NCBI RefSeq assembly: GCF_009914755.1
Contig: NC_060926.1
Reading direction: 5' to 3' (one strand)
Length of the DNA stretch: 64,000 nt
DNA from: the human T2T-CHM13v2.0 reference genome, Homo sapiens
Position numbers and translations under genes: made by a program. The notes beneath the pieces are model-generated. The model was not told the origin of the DNA, did not search any database, and saw only the letters and a list, made by a program, of their open reading frames with translations. This document shows, piece by piece, positions 42,989 to 55,588 of this stretch (position 1 is the first letter of the stretch; each line of letters begins with the position of its first letter).

Positions 42989-45094
42989 TTTTCTTTTGAC
43001 TAAAGACAGATGATGACATGGTTGACCAGTATTCACACACACTCAAAGAAGTTAAATGCTTTTTAGCTGACAGTCATCTCAAATCCTTCTAGAAAACAAC
43101 ACAAAATACTTTATGTGATTTGCTGGTCACTTCACTGTTTAGCCCTTGTAAAATCATGAACCAAAGTTGTGTCATACTTTCATCTTTCTTTACCTAAAAA
43201 GTAAAGTTCTCAAGTTGATCCACTCCTACCTATGATCAGGCAGAACCAGTAATAACTGAACAAGTATTTATTACCTTAACAGGAGTATGCTGTATACTAC
43301 TTTCATTATTTCATTAATACATGCAAACATACACACACAAGAAAATAAATGTATTATAATTAATTGCACTTTACAGGGAAAGAGACTGTGACTTAGGTTA
43401 AATAACTTGATCTCCTTTCATAGCTAATAGAATTAGAAACAGAATTTGTGTCAGGTCAGCCTGGTTCCTGAAACATGTCTCCTTAATTACTCTGCCCTAC
43501 TGTCAAAAAAAAAAAAAAAAAAAAGGAAAATATGTTTGCTTGAAAAACAGGAATTCTCAGATTCCTGACTGAGTTTCAAGAAGAAAAAAGTGAAGGAAGA
43601 ATTTCTCCGTAAGATGCCTTAGACTTCATTATACAGTATTATGTTAATGGTACTTAGTAATTTATTTTCTAAAGGCTAAAGTGAGAGGAATTTGAATGCT
43701 TTTACTTTGTGAGAGGTGAAACTCATTACCTATCACAGAATATAAAAACTGTTATTGTTCCAAAAAAATTTAGAGGCATTCAGGAAAGTAATGAATTCTA
43801 ATTCAACAGGTTATGCCAGGTAAAACTAAGAGGGTCCATTCTTACATGCATAATGATTGACTATATAATCTATGTTGTATAAAGGTTTGTTTAATTTTTC
43901 AATGAAGCACTTTTGACTCACAGTCTTCAGCACTTTATGTATGACAGTAGGGAGTTTTTTTTTTTTTTTTAAAGAATATTTTTGTTTGCTTCAGAAAAAC
44001 TCAAAACCTTGTTAGGAATAAAATATACTTGAGAAAAAATCTGAAGAGCAATTTTAAATCAACAATATGTGCAAATTAAGACAATCAGAATGCATAATAT
44101 AGTCATTATACTAGTTGAAAAAAATCTCTTTTTAAAAATAACCACAGCATCGTAGGCAGTACAATATGAAATACTACAAATACAATATTCTACTGGTACC
44201 AAATTAATGACCTGCCACAAAATGAATGGGGAAAAAACTAACCAGTTCATGTTTTTGTTCAAGCACAATGAATCCTAGAACTGAACAAATATTAATTAGC
44301 AATTTAAGTCATAAAAAGCAAATCAGTTTTATTTGTCATGTTTGTAAAGCTTAATCTCTGACTTCACCATGTCCTGTAATGCATTCATCTTATCTAACCT
44401 CCAACTCTTTTGATAACCACATTATATTTTTGCAACACTCACGTTAACATAGTTGCATCAATGGCTAAATTATTTCCCCTAGAAAGCATGGCTCTCTAAT
44501 GCTCACACTAATGCTCGTTCTAACATTTTCCTTACTCGAACTTTTGAGAGGTGTAATGAGAATCTCAGTAGATTCAATTGTGTGCTGGATGTGCAATTAT
44601 TGGGATCTTTAGCATATATGCAATAAGTAAATAAGCACTGAAGGATCTTGCTGTGAAGGAATAAATGTAAAATAAATGATGGAACCACAATTGAGGAAAC
44701 AGATTATTTCTCACCAGGTGTTGTGGGAATATGGAAACACACTGTAATTTTTTTTTTTTTTACTGCTTACTCTTCGAAACAATTGGAAAATGCCCCAGGA
44801 ATGACATTAAGACAAATAATTTATGCCACACAAATCATTAAACTATAAGCAACTTCATTAAGTAGCTTCCCATTGGTAGCCTGAAATAAAACAGCTGGCA
44901 TGACTGTTGGATATTGAAGAAAATATAAAATTTCTTTTGCAATTAAAAAAACCCCCTTCTCCCAGATTTATAATGAGTTACTTTATTTAAAGTGACCTGA
45001 GGAAAAAAAACAGCCAAATTGATGCTGACAATTGGGGTCTGAGAAAAATCCAATGAGATGTTCGCTCTAAAAAGTCCCTGGATGTTTTATGGTA

Positions 45095-45350
45095 ACAATG
45101 ATAGTTTGCATTTACTGAATGCTTACTATGTGCCAAATACTATTCTTAATGTTTTACTTCTATTAACTCATTTAATGTTCATAGCAACCCTGTAAGTATT
45201 ATTAGGACTGGCTACATCATTCAAGAGGCCCAGTGCAAAATGGGAATGCACAGTCCTCTGTTCAAAAAGGATGAATCTTTTTTTCAGCGTTTCTCCTAAG
45301 CTATTATGTTGTTTTTATTTGCAATTTAATGCTTTGCTCCTTTGTACCTG
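45095..45350. mobile_element. MIR fragment followed by a MER45-like hAT-Tip100 fragment
   Basis: catttactgaatgcttactatgtgcca (MIR); aggactggctacatcattcaagaggcccagtgcaaaatg (MER45-like). Confidence 0.65.
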
Positions 45351-45747
45351 GAAAGCCAACTCTGAGTCTTGTCTTCATTTTAAAGATGAGGTAACTGGGG
45401 ACAAGGAATCTAAAACATTCATCTGGACAAAGTCCACGGAGGGCACATGATGCAATCCGAGCCAATGACACATCAGGAGGCATCGCTGGGAATCCTGGGG
45501 CGAAGACAGACTTTTCTCATTTGACTTTAACATGGGAGGATATGATATGAGTTCTGGAGCTGCTGCCACCATTACCCTTTTGTATGAGGCTGATCCTAAA
45601 ATCAGTAAAGCAGAAGACAGAACCAAACTGAATCTCTGATATGGTTTTAAATTATTGGTCAAGATATATTTCATTTGGTTTTCTCAATTACGTTAGCCCC
45701 AACATCCCATCTGTGATTGATTCCAGCTTGAGTTGGGTTTTAGGTTT

Positions 45748-46208
45748 ATTACAGACAGAAAAATGCCCCCCCATTCCACCCCACCCCACAAAGATGTCCA
45801 GGTGCTAACCGCCAGAACCTGAGACTATGTTACCTTGCACGGCAAAAGGGATTTTGCAGATGTGATTAAACAGGATCTTGAGATCAGAAGGTTATTCTAG
45901 ATTATCCAAACGGACCCAAAATAATGACAATAGTCCTTATAAGAGGGAGGTACAAGGGTCAGGATCAGAGAAGAAGATGTAATGACAGAAATAGAGGTCA
46001 GAGTGATTTGGGTATTACGACGCAAAGAACAGGGAGAGCCTCTAGAAGCTGGAAAAGGCAAGGAAATGTATTTTCCCCTATATGCTCTAGAAGGAACCCT
46101 CTTGATTTAATTCAGATCTTTGACCAGAACTATAAGATATAAACTTGTGTTCTTTCATGTAACTTAATGTGTGGTAGTTTGTTACAGCAGCAATAGGAAA
46201 CTAATATA
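45748..46208 (+). mobile_element. MaLR solo LTR (MLT1D-like)
   Basis: tatgttaccttgcacggcaaaagggattttgcagatgtgattaa...ctagaagctggaaaaggcaaggaaa...gttacagcagcaataggaaactaata. Confidence 0.85.
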
Positions 46209-47586
46209 CCATTTATTTCAGAAAGAGTCCTAACCAACACATATTTATACCAGGATACTAGGTAGAAGATCATCATTTATTTAAATATAAAAGAAAAGAA
46301 GAGCTTTCTGTTGGCAACACAGACATAAATTTGTTTTCCGTATCCTATGTCCTTCTATCAAAATAAGCTGGTAAGAAAGTGGTTATCTTAATAGCCATTT
46401 CACTATTAGTATTTTATTATAATTTTGCCCAACACTCAAGGTTTTTTTGTTTGTTTGTTTGTTTGTTTGTTCTCAAGAATTTATGGCCTGTACTACTCTC
46501 AGAACAAGCTGTGATATCTGTGATTAAGTCACTATGGGAGCTTCTAAAGTTTCAGAAACAGACTCATTAGAACAGGCATTCTCAACCTTTGTTCAGCTCG
46601 CTACACCCCGGAGGGATAGTACACACACATCAGAAACAGTAAATTTCAAGTATGTGAGCCTGCTCCCATTGTGAATCTCATCATTAGCAATAACTGCCTT
46701 ATTGTAGTCTTCGCATCAACAGGAGAGCAGAGAGCTGTAGCGTTCCATCTTTGCTAACTTGGCTGCAGAAGAAAAGTGCAGCATATTTATGTGTTGGAAA
46801 CTTATCTTAAGTGTTAGCCATATTCCCTGCTGGGAATATCTGGAGGATTATTCCTGGAATCTCTGCTAAGAATATATTTGTATGAAGGATGCATAAGATT
46901 GCTAATAAAAACGTCATCTTCAGGGAAGAGCTCCCTATGAGTTGTGAGAGGAGAGAAGCAATTCTGATTATAGCATGGAGTGTGTCACTCAGATTTGTGC
47001 TCTAGCCCATCCCCATGGGCTAGAATCTGGTTCTGGAGATGAAGAAGCTACAACTCCAAAAAGATTGAAATGGCAAGAAGTATCTTTAGAGGAAATAAAC
47101 ATGAGAAAGTACTAAGATAAACTGGGGCACTGGGACTGGCAATGAGGATTCGGTCTTCAGCAGAGAGCCTTGTGTTACTGTTTTCCTACACTGATGGCTA
47201 AGTACCTTAGCTCCAGCAAGGATGGGATCCAGCTTCCAGGGGGACAAATAACAGACACCTCCAGAGGGTTGGTGGCCCTACTGGAATGCCCAGGGCACAC
47301 AGCTCCGACAATGGCAGGATCCAAGACAGAGCAGGCAAAGAAGACAAGGCCATTCTTGAAGAGGACTAGGGGAAATGGATGATTTCAGCATTATCTGATG
47401 GAAAAAAGAGCCAGGAAAATACAGCTTCCTACAGTTTGTGTGTCTCAATGTTTACTTCCAAGGACAATTTAGGTTAAATAAAACACAATGGTTGATGTGT
47501 TTATTTTTATTTTATTCTAATTTACCTTTTCCGTATTCACACAAGTAGCCCAAGTCTCCTGCCTCTTCAATAACCCCCTTCCCCCA

Positions 47587-47587
<1 letters not shown>

Positions 47588-47624
<37 letters not shown>
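47588..47624. repeat. (CA)18 microsatellite
   Basis: Uninterrupted dinucleotide run. Confidence 0.97.
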
Positions 47625-47627
<3 letters not shown>

Positions 47628-48173
47628 TATTTGAGTCCTTGGTTTGGCTTTTGGCCATTCATACTAGTTTATGATTTCAAGGAGAACTGGCATAAATTGT
47701 GAGGGGCAAGGAAGAGAACTTCTCTATCTGCTCCAAGGGTGGAAATGGATAAAGATTGTTAACAGTGAGGCAGGAGAATTTGTCCACATTTGTTCAGAGA
47801 CACTTTACACATTTCAAGGCAGAGGGAGAAAGTGGCAATGAGTAGTTGTGTGTTGTTAAAGGTTGGTTGACGGTAGGGAGCAAAAAACGATGGGGAAAGA
47901 CATATAATATATTTTTCCATGTGTAAAATAAATTTATTATTTTAGTAATAATGAGGTAACACCCTTGCTTGGTCACAGTCTAGTAGTACAACATGAGGCC
48001 CCTAAGACCATGTCTGTAGGAAACAAAGAGGTATCTTATCAGGCAGTGAAAAAGAAGAGAAAGCCAAGAGTAAATGTTGCCTGAGGACCCAAAATGGTGT
48101 CCTTTCCTCTCTGATTTATTAGTAAACTTTTATTTTCCTACATCTTGAGTGCTTAAAAATAGTTTTCCAAATG

Positions 48174-48266
48174 AAAAAAAGAGTGAGAGAGAGAAAGAGA
48201 TAAAAGAAAAAGGAAGGAAAAGGAAAGTAGGAAGGAGAAAGGGAAAGAAGGAAGGAGGGAGGAGGA
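48174..48266. repeat. Polypurine low-complexity tract (GA/GGAA)
   Basis: gagagagagaaagagataaaagaaaaaggaaggaaaaggaaag... Confidence 0.85.
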
Positions 48267-48765
48267 TTAAGATGGCCTCAACATTCCCCTCAACTTGACT
48301 AAACTTTAGATAGGCCTCTTCCTGTCTATAGGTCCCAGATCTCCTTTTCTTACAGGATTTACTTCAGAAAACTTGCAGTTGTGAATAATTTCTCTGCACC
48401 TTTGAGATGTAAATCTTTTAGAACCCAGGAATGACTTTCACAAGAACCTGGGAGCCATCCCTTTGATATATAACTATTAAGAAAGATACGGCCCTTATCC
48501 TTTAGTCTCTGTTGTAAGGTAAGAGCCTAACTTTGATAAGAGACAACTAGCAAACACAGATAGTCTAATCACACTAACCAACCTCCTCACTAACTGTCCT
48601 GTAGCACTTTTCCATTAGATTGCCCAGCATTTAAACATCCTTCTGCTTTTTCTCTGAGCAGAGTTGAGTTGAATTTTTCTCTTCTATTTATTAGCCTTGA
48701 CCCCTATTGCAATAGTTTTAAAGTCTTCTTTGCCTTGACTGTTCCGGTGCAGATTTTCTTTTATT
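48267..48765 (+). mobile_element. ERV1 MER4-group solo LTR (MER67/MER31-like)
   Basis: aacttgactaaactttagatagg...cctttgagatgtaaatc...agagcctaactttgataag...gtgcagattttcttt. Confidence 0.7.
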
Positions 48766-50184
48766 AAAGGAAGAATCCTAATTCATAATTTAAAGGTCTG
48801 GGTTACATATTCCATAACTTTGGCTTTGTCCTTAGCTCTCTGCATTCAGTCTGCTCTCATCTAATTGAAATGTTGTCTGGGTTTAGTCCTACCTGTTTCT
48901 CTTAAAGGCTAAGTGAGCTGCATCTTTAGAGTGAGTGTAAGAAATAGAATTAGAAATAGGCAACATTTCAACCAAGCGGAGCCCTCAGGCTCTCCTTTGT
49001 TTTACCTTTTCTCTGGGTATCTGCCTTGTCATCAGCCCCCTTTCATTCATTTCTTTAGCAAGTATTTATTCATCATATGTTTTATGCCATTCACTATAAT
49101 AAACATCAGATATCCTCCACCAAAACCTAAATAGGTTGACATTAAGGTACATGCTTTTGGGGATCAGGATATTACATAATCTCTTAAGGGTATATGTGTT
49201 TCTATAAAAATAACACATTCTTAACCAACAGAAATGACAACCTAACTGAGTTATTAAATCAGTCAAGGGATAGTGAATATTTGAGAGGCAGTTTGCATAA
49301 AATACCTGTCTAAAAAACACTGTGTACGCAGTCATGTGTTTGACCCTTTCATCAAAGGGAGACACTATTACCCATTATTAAAGATGTCTACATTAGTGAC
49401 AAAAGGTCTGGAGGCATTTTCCTATAATGCCCTACTGTCTTGAATTTATTCCTCTTATTTTCTATGGCAAGGAAATGAGAGTGGTTATCAGCTTGGCATT
49501 TTGTTGATTAAATCAACTTTCCACAGCACTGTAAGTCAAAAATATTTCCCCCCAAAGAATACCTTTAATAGCCTATCATTCATGTGTAAGGAAAGAAATA
49601 AAGAAAAGAAAAAATAAAGCTACATTTTGTAAGAGGAAGATAAAATTCCATTGTGTTCAAGTATTTCAAGCATAAAACCTTCTGAAATCCACTGTCATCT
49701 AATCGCCCTGCTCTATGGGAGTAAACTGTTCCCTGTTTGAAAAACAATTAACTCTTTCAGACCTCAAAGGAGAGAACAGTGTTGTTTATCACTCAGCTTG
49801 TAGATGAGGCTTGAGGTGTTTAGGACTTTAATACATCCAATTATCCCTCTTTGGAGTTATTTTCTATCTTTAGGAGGGCATTTTGATGTTTTATGATAGC
49901 ATTTTATCCAAGGAAGAGAAGAAAATATATTGTAAATATTTGGGTGTTTCACACTGATAGTATCTCTGTGGTTTCAGCAAATGGCTTTGAGATGCTTTGC
50001 CACATAATGGCTGTACTCAATACAAATACTAAACCCACAGTACCAAGGGCAATGGAGCAGGAACTTACTCCTTCTATAATGAACCCTAACTATTATTGAA
50101 ACTCTTTTAAAGACTAAATAAAATAATATTTTAAGCTTTGTAAATGTCTCATTTCTAAGAGTTATTGTAGCAATAATAAATAAG

Positions 50185-50430
50185 GTGAGAAAGCAGTTTA
50201 GTGTAATAATTAAGAGTATGGGATTTAGAGTCCTAGGTACCTGAGATCACATTCAAGCTTCTTCATTTCATCCTTCTGTGACTTTGAATAGGTTACTCTC
50301 TAAAGCAGTTTTACTATTCCTAAAAGAGGGCTATTAAAACCTTCCTCATTCCTCAGAGTATTATTGAGGGAACAGGGGGAATGCCCAACACGATGTCTGG
50401 CACATTGTAGGCATTACATGATTGGCAGCT
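50185..50430 (+). mobile_element. MIR SINE
   Basis: agtgtaataattaagagtatgggatttagagtc...tgtgactttgaataggttac...tctggcacattgtagg. Confidence 0.7.
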
Positions 50431-51079
50431 CTTATTACTGTGCTGATATAGTAAAGTGGTTGTGAAGTTGTCATTCTTTCATAAGATAAACACAGAATTG
50501 AAAAATAAGGCAAACTATCATCTTATTAATAACATACTAGACTTCTTAGGAAAGCTATTTTGAGATTTGCTTCTATTAAATGATGTAGAATGGGCTCAAG
50601 AGTTCAAGTTCCTTCTGATACCAGCCTCATCCTTGAAGAAATTACAGAATCAGACAGTCTAATCTGATAATACTGAAAACACTTGACTGATCTTGAAAGA
50701 ATATACTTACGTCAAGATGATGTGAAGCCTCAGGATTTAAAATCCTTGGCAAAAAAAACCCAGTCAGAATAAACATAGGACTTAAAAGAGACAAAAAATG
50801 TTTTACATCTACAGTATTCAATTTATAAAATAATTTCTCTACTATGGCAAGATGAGTATAATGAGATGCTGGAGGACAGATTGAGAATATAATGCATGAC
50901 TCAACAGAATAGCATAGCTGGATTTTGTGGGCACCAGACAAGGTCACTGTGAAAGCCAGAAATGCTAATGTCTCAAAAGTTTATTCTATCATATCTCCAG
51001 CACAAAAGAAGTCTCAAGCCACTCTTTTATCAAAATGTGTGTTACTCAAACTCACCTCAGAAGAAGTCTTAAGAAAGAA

Positions 51080-51335
51080 TCTAGGATGGCAGTTAAGAGC
51101 ACAGGCTTCTACACCAAACTTGCTCAGGTCCAGTCTTCACTCTGCCTCTTATCAGCCATATGACTTTGGACAGGTTTCCTATCCTCTCTGATTTTGTTTC
51201 CTCTATTGTAAAACAAGGAATATAAAAAAAGAAACATCAAAGTCAAGTGGCTTTTTTGAATTGAATGAGTTAATGTAAGGAGAGTTCTTAGAATAGTACC
51301 TGGCACATAGTTAATGCTCATTTAAGATAGTTATT
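51080..51335 (+). mobile_element. MIR SINE
   Basis: gttaagagcacaggcttct...tgactttggacaggtttcct...agaatagtacctggcacatagttaatgctca. Confidence 0.8.
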
Positions 51336-54188
51336 TTTACCATTTGTTTTTTCTTTTTTATCTTGGCCCCTGGTCTTCACATCTACACAGCTGCCATGGT
51401 TACAAAGCAATCACAATTACCTGGTCATACGCCCTCCATTTCCTTTTTTACCTATAGCAATGAATAACTCAGACCTTCCTCCAAAACCTTCAGTGATTTT
51501 CAGATAAGAAATTTTTGACATCATCTGTGGCCACATTCCTAGTTGGCTATATCTTGTCTATGTCCAAACTAGTCTTTAAATTCCCAGTGTTGGAATCAAC
51601 CAATGAACAAAACCAATTTTATACCATGAGCTTAAACCATCCATCCCTATCTCTCATCTTGAATTATCTAGTCTTCTCTATGAGCCCATTTGATCAAACT
51701 GTCATCAGTTTCTGCCCAATATAATCTAGACATATTCACTCATTTGATAAGCATTTACTGATCCAGGAAACCTACTAGGTGCTAAGGAACCAGAGCAGTG
51801 TGAGCCTTCTGGTGCTGGCTAAGGAAGTAGGCAGCTGTCATGAAATGCATATACATATGGATATTTCCGTTGTATAACCTATCCTCAGAACTCTCCAGAG
51901 TTACATCTCTGTGAAAGTAAAACTGCCTGGTTCACAACTCCTGGTTCTCAGGAGGCCATGCTTTCTTTGCACAGCATGACTTTGGATCCTTGGTCACAGG
52001 TGATTGCCCAAAGACTGGATCTGGCCCAAGAATAGTTAATCCATAATCTACTTGTTTTTTTTGAAATTATGATCTATTCCATGTAATAAAAAAGATAATT
52101 TGGGCCAATAAGTCTTCCCTGTAAATATAAGCCACTAATACTTGAGCCTATTAGTAATAGGAGGTAAAGTGAAGGATGCTGTGAAGGAGAGTTTGGGGCC
52201 ATGGCAAGCTGTGTTAATTTACACATTAATCACCATCAGTGTTTGATTGCTGGAAGGACTCAAAGGGTTTATTACAGGCAAAGGATATAGTTCAACAGCC
52301 GGGGAAGAATATGCATTGACAGAGGTCCAAGGAGCTAAGGCACAGGCCCCTTTGTTCTCCCTTGTCTGATTTGTGTTGCACAGGACTCGCTCCAAACCAT
52401 CACTGGGGTGTGTGCGAAGCACCTCGGTGCCAGAAAGCCCAAATTCAGCTCATGATGAAGCTCTCAAAGAATAAGCTGTCTGACCAGCCATAATCACTGA
52501 AGTCTCCCTGACCTAAGTCATAAATCCAATTATTATGATTAAACAATGCTGACAGGCTGGCATATCCCACTCATGGATGCATAGTCACAGAACATCATAC
52601 GCTTTTAGTTAAAATATTTCATACTGTTGGCCAAGGGTCTGTAGCTCCAGAAGTAAGCAAGAGATCAATCAGACCAGCTGAGGTTAACTCTTTCACAAGT
52701 TTAAACTACTTGAGTAGAAACTATGCGTAAGCATAGAAAGCTGCTAATGGAAAGAGATCCACAGAGGAGATAGAAGCTAAAAGTGAACTAGAATGAGCAG
52801 AAGGTGGGGAATGGGGGAGATGCAAGGTTTTAGGGCTTTTTCCATCTTTAATGACTTTTCAGATCCCATTCCATTTTCTCTTTATTCAAGCAAGCTAAGT
52901 AAATACTTGTTCTTTATAAAACAAAGAAGAAAAAACAATACTCCAGGTTGACCTTTCTAAATATGGCAATTACATTTCTCTGATCTGAATTCCTGAGAGA
53001 AATATTAAAGTTTAAGGGAGGCCTAATGAGCCATATCCCTTTGACTACAGATTCTGAAGAAATTCAGAAATTCATGAAAGCAAGAAGATAGACCTTAAAA
53101 TATCAGTTTTTTACAAGGAAATGGATGAAGTAGAATAAGGGTAGGATGCACACTTTCTCCAAGCAACAGTTCCAAAAGGAAAATCCAGAAATATTTGAGT
53201 TAAGCATGTCCTTTGTCAGTCTCAGCAAACAAGTAAATCAATCCTCCTTCCTGGGAAATTATGAGTTACAAATAAAGAACAAACTCAAAGGGTCATTGTA
53301 ACTGAAGCCCTCTCACATGAGAACAGAAGATTGAGTTGAAAGGAATATAATTGACATGATAGAAAATAATCGTGACTCATTAAAATATCACAGAAACTTT
53401 ACTTTTGATTGAGGTTCTCTTTGTTCCACTCTTCCCTGTGAGCTGGCCCCTGGAGTTTCCTCAAATTCATTCACATATAATAACCTCCCTTAATAGAAGG
53501 GCAAAGGGCACCCCACACCACCTAGAGTAATTCACCTTACATGGCAAAACACTAAGTGAAATTTTGAATAATGAGGGTGGCACCAATCCTTCAGGCATCC
53601 AAGGCTCCTTGAGTTTGAGATAGAGACACGGATTTGCTCATGAAAATCAGCCTACCACTTTCCACTTTTGTAGCATATAAAAATCTAGCTGCAAACTCAA
53701 CTTATTGAATGTTCAAGAATTAATCAGCTTCCCTTCACATTAGTCTGCAATTTATCTCTGTGCCTCCAAGATTCTTTCTGACACCACAATTAGGGAAGCT
53801 GAAATACTGAAATAAAAGCATCTACTATAGTCTCTTCTCTCCAGTTAGAAACACAAATTATTAGGAGAAATGTAGGAGACTGCCTGCAGAGATGTGTCTT
53901 CCAGTGCCTTGTAACGGACTTTTTTCATTAAATATCATGAGGAGTACTAATTGGCTCTTCTGGTATGCTCAGCCCTGCACCACACCAGAATTATTCTGGT
54001 GATAGCCATGTTAAGAAGCAAAAAGTAAAGTTGTGAGCTCAAGAGTGAATACAAATGTTAAATAATATCCATAACAGAAAATTTATGTAATGAAAAAAAC
54101 TAATCATTTAAGAATTCTGATCAAATTGTAAATTCCCAGCTTATCAAGTATCTGGAATCAAGACAGGAGGTATAGAAATAAGGGAGTG

Positions 54189-54463
54189 ACTTTGGGAGGC
54201 CGAGGTGGGTGGCTTACAAGGTCAGGAGTTCAAGACCAGCCTGGCCAAAATGGTGAAACCCCATCTGTACTAAAAATACAAAAAATTAGCCAGGTGCGGT
54301 GGCAGGCACTTGTAATCCCAGCTACTCAGGAGGCTGAGGCAGGAGAATCACTTGAACTTGGAGGGCGGAGATTGCAGTGAGGTGAGATCATGCCACTGCA
54401 CTCCAGCCTGGGTGACAGAGTGAGACTCTGTCTCAAAAAAATAAAAACATAAAAAAATAAAAA
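54189..54463 (+). mobile_element. 5'-truncated AluS
   Basis: Starts actttgggaggccgagg; TSD aaataagggagtg (54176-54188 / 54464-54476). Confidence 0.93.
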
Positions 54464-54475
54464 AAATAAGGGAGT

Positions 54476-54766
54476 GGCTAGGGGCGGTGGCTCACACCTG
54501 TAATCCCAGCACTTTGGGAGGCTGAGGCAGGCGAATCACGAGGTCAGGAATCCCAGACCAGCCTGACCAACATGGTGAAATCCCGTCTCTACTAAAAATA
54601 CAAAAGAAAAAAAAAATTAGCTGGGCCTGGTGGCATGCACTTGTAATCCCAGCTACTCGGGAGGTTGAAGTTTCAGTGAGCCGGGAGGTGGAAGTTTCAG
54701 TGAGCCGAGATCACGCCACTGCACTCCAGTGTGGGCGACAGAGCAAGACTCTGTCTCAAAATAAAA

Positions 54767-54800
<34 letters not shown>
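54476..54800 (+). mobile_element. AluS with (TAAA)n tail and an internal rearrangement
   Basis: ggctaggggcggtggctcacacctgtaatccc...; TSD aaataagggag repeated at 54800-54810. Confidence 0.93.
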
Positions 54801-54805
<5 letters not shown>

Positions 54806-54975
54806 GGGAGACCTAAGGCCCTCAATATAGGTAGATGGAATTCAAAAGATACTACTGCATTCTTATATTTCATATTTTTAGAAAGATTGCATAAATATTT
54901 TTTATATATAACCACAGTGTTAATTTAAAATGAGATATACAACTTTCTAAGACTTATACAAGTAAACAAAATATA

Positions 54976-55343
54976 CGCTTGACCCTTGAACACATTGGTT
55001 TGAACTGCATGGGTTCATTTAATGCGAGTTTTCTTAAGATAACTGGGATAAAGGCCTTTATGATGATCCACTTCCACTTAATGAACTGTAAATATATTTT
55101 CTCTCTTTATGATTTTCTTAATAATATTTTCTTTTCTCTAGCTTATCTTATTGTAAGAATATAGTATATAATACATATAACATATAAAATATGTGTTAAT
55201 CAACTGTTTATGACATTGATAAGGCTTCCAGTCAACAGTAGCCTATTAGTAGTTACATGCTGAGGAAGTCAAAAGTTATCTGTGAATTTTTTACTAAGCA
55301 ACAGGTCAGCATCCTAACTTCCACATTGTTCAAAGGTCAAATT
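54976..55343 (+). mobile_element. Tigger2a-like TcMar element
   Basis: TIRs ttgacccttgaaca / tgttcaaaggtcaa; internal cttccacttaatgaactgtaaatatattttctct. Confidence 0.85.
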
Positions 55344-55458
55344 AAATTAAATAACAAATCTGATCTTATTGACTCCATCTCTCCACAGTAGTGGCTGGAG
55401 TTTGGGTGACCTCCAGGAATGGAAGACCCCTCTCAATTCTCATGCAGAAGCCAGCCTG

Positions 55459-55588
55459 GGCTGGGTGTAGTGGCTCATGCCTGTAATCCTAGCACTTTGG
55501 GGGGCTGAAGCTGGAACATCACTTGAGCTCATGAGTTGGAGAACAGCCTGGGCAACACAGCAAGGCCCCATAAAAGAAAAAGAATTAA
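55459..55588 (+). mobile_element. FLAM (free left Alu monomer)
   Basis: ggctgggtgtagtggctcatgcctgtaatcc...cagcctgggcaacacagcaag; TSD agaagccagcctgg. Confidence 0.88.

Noticed and set aside
42709-43046. ORFs with CVCVCV runs
   Set aside because: Translation of the (AC)n microsatellite
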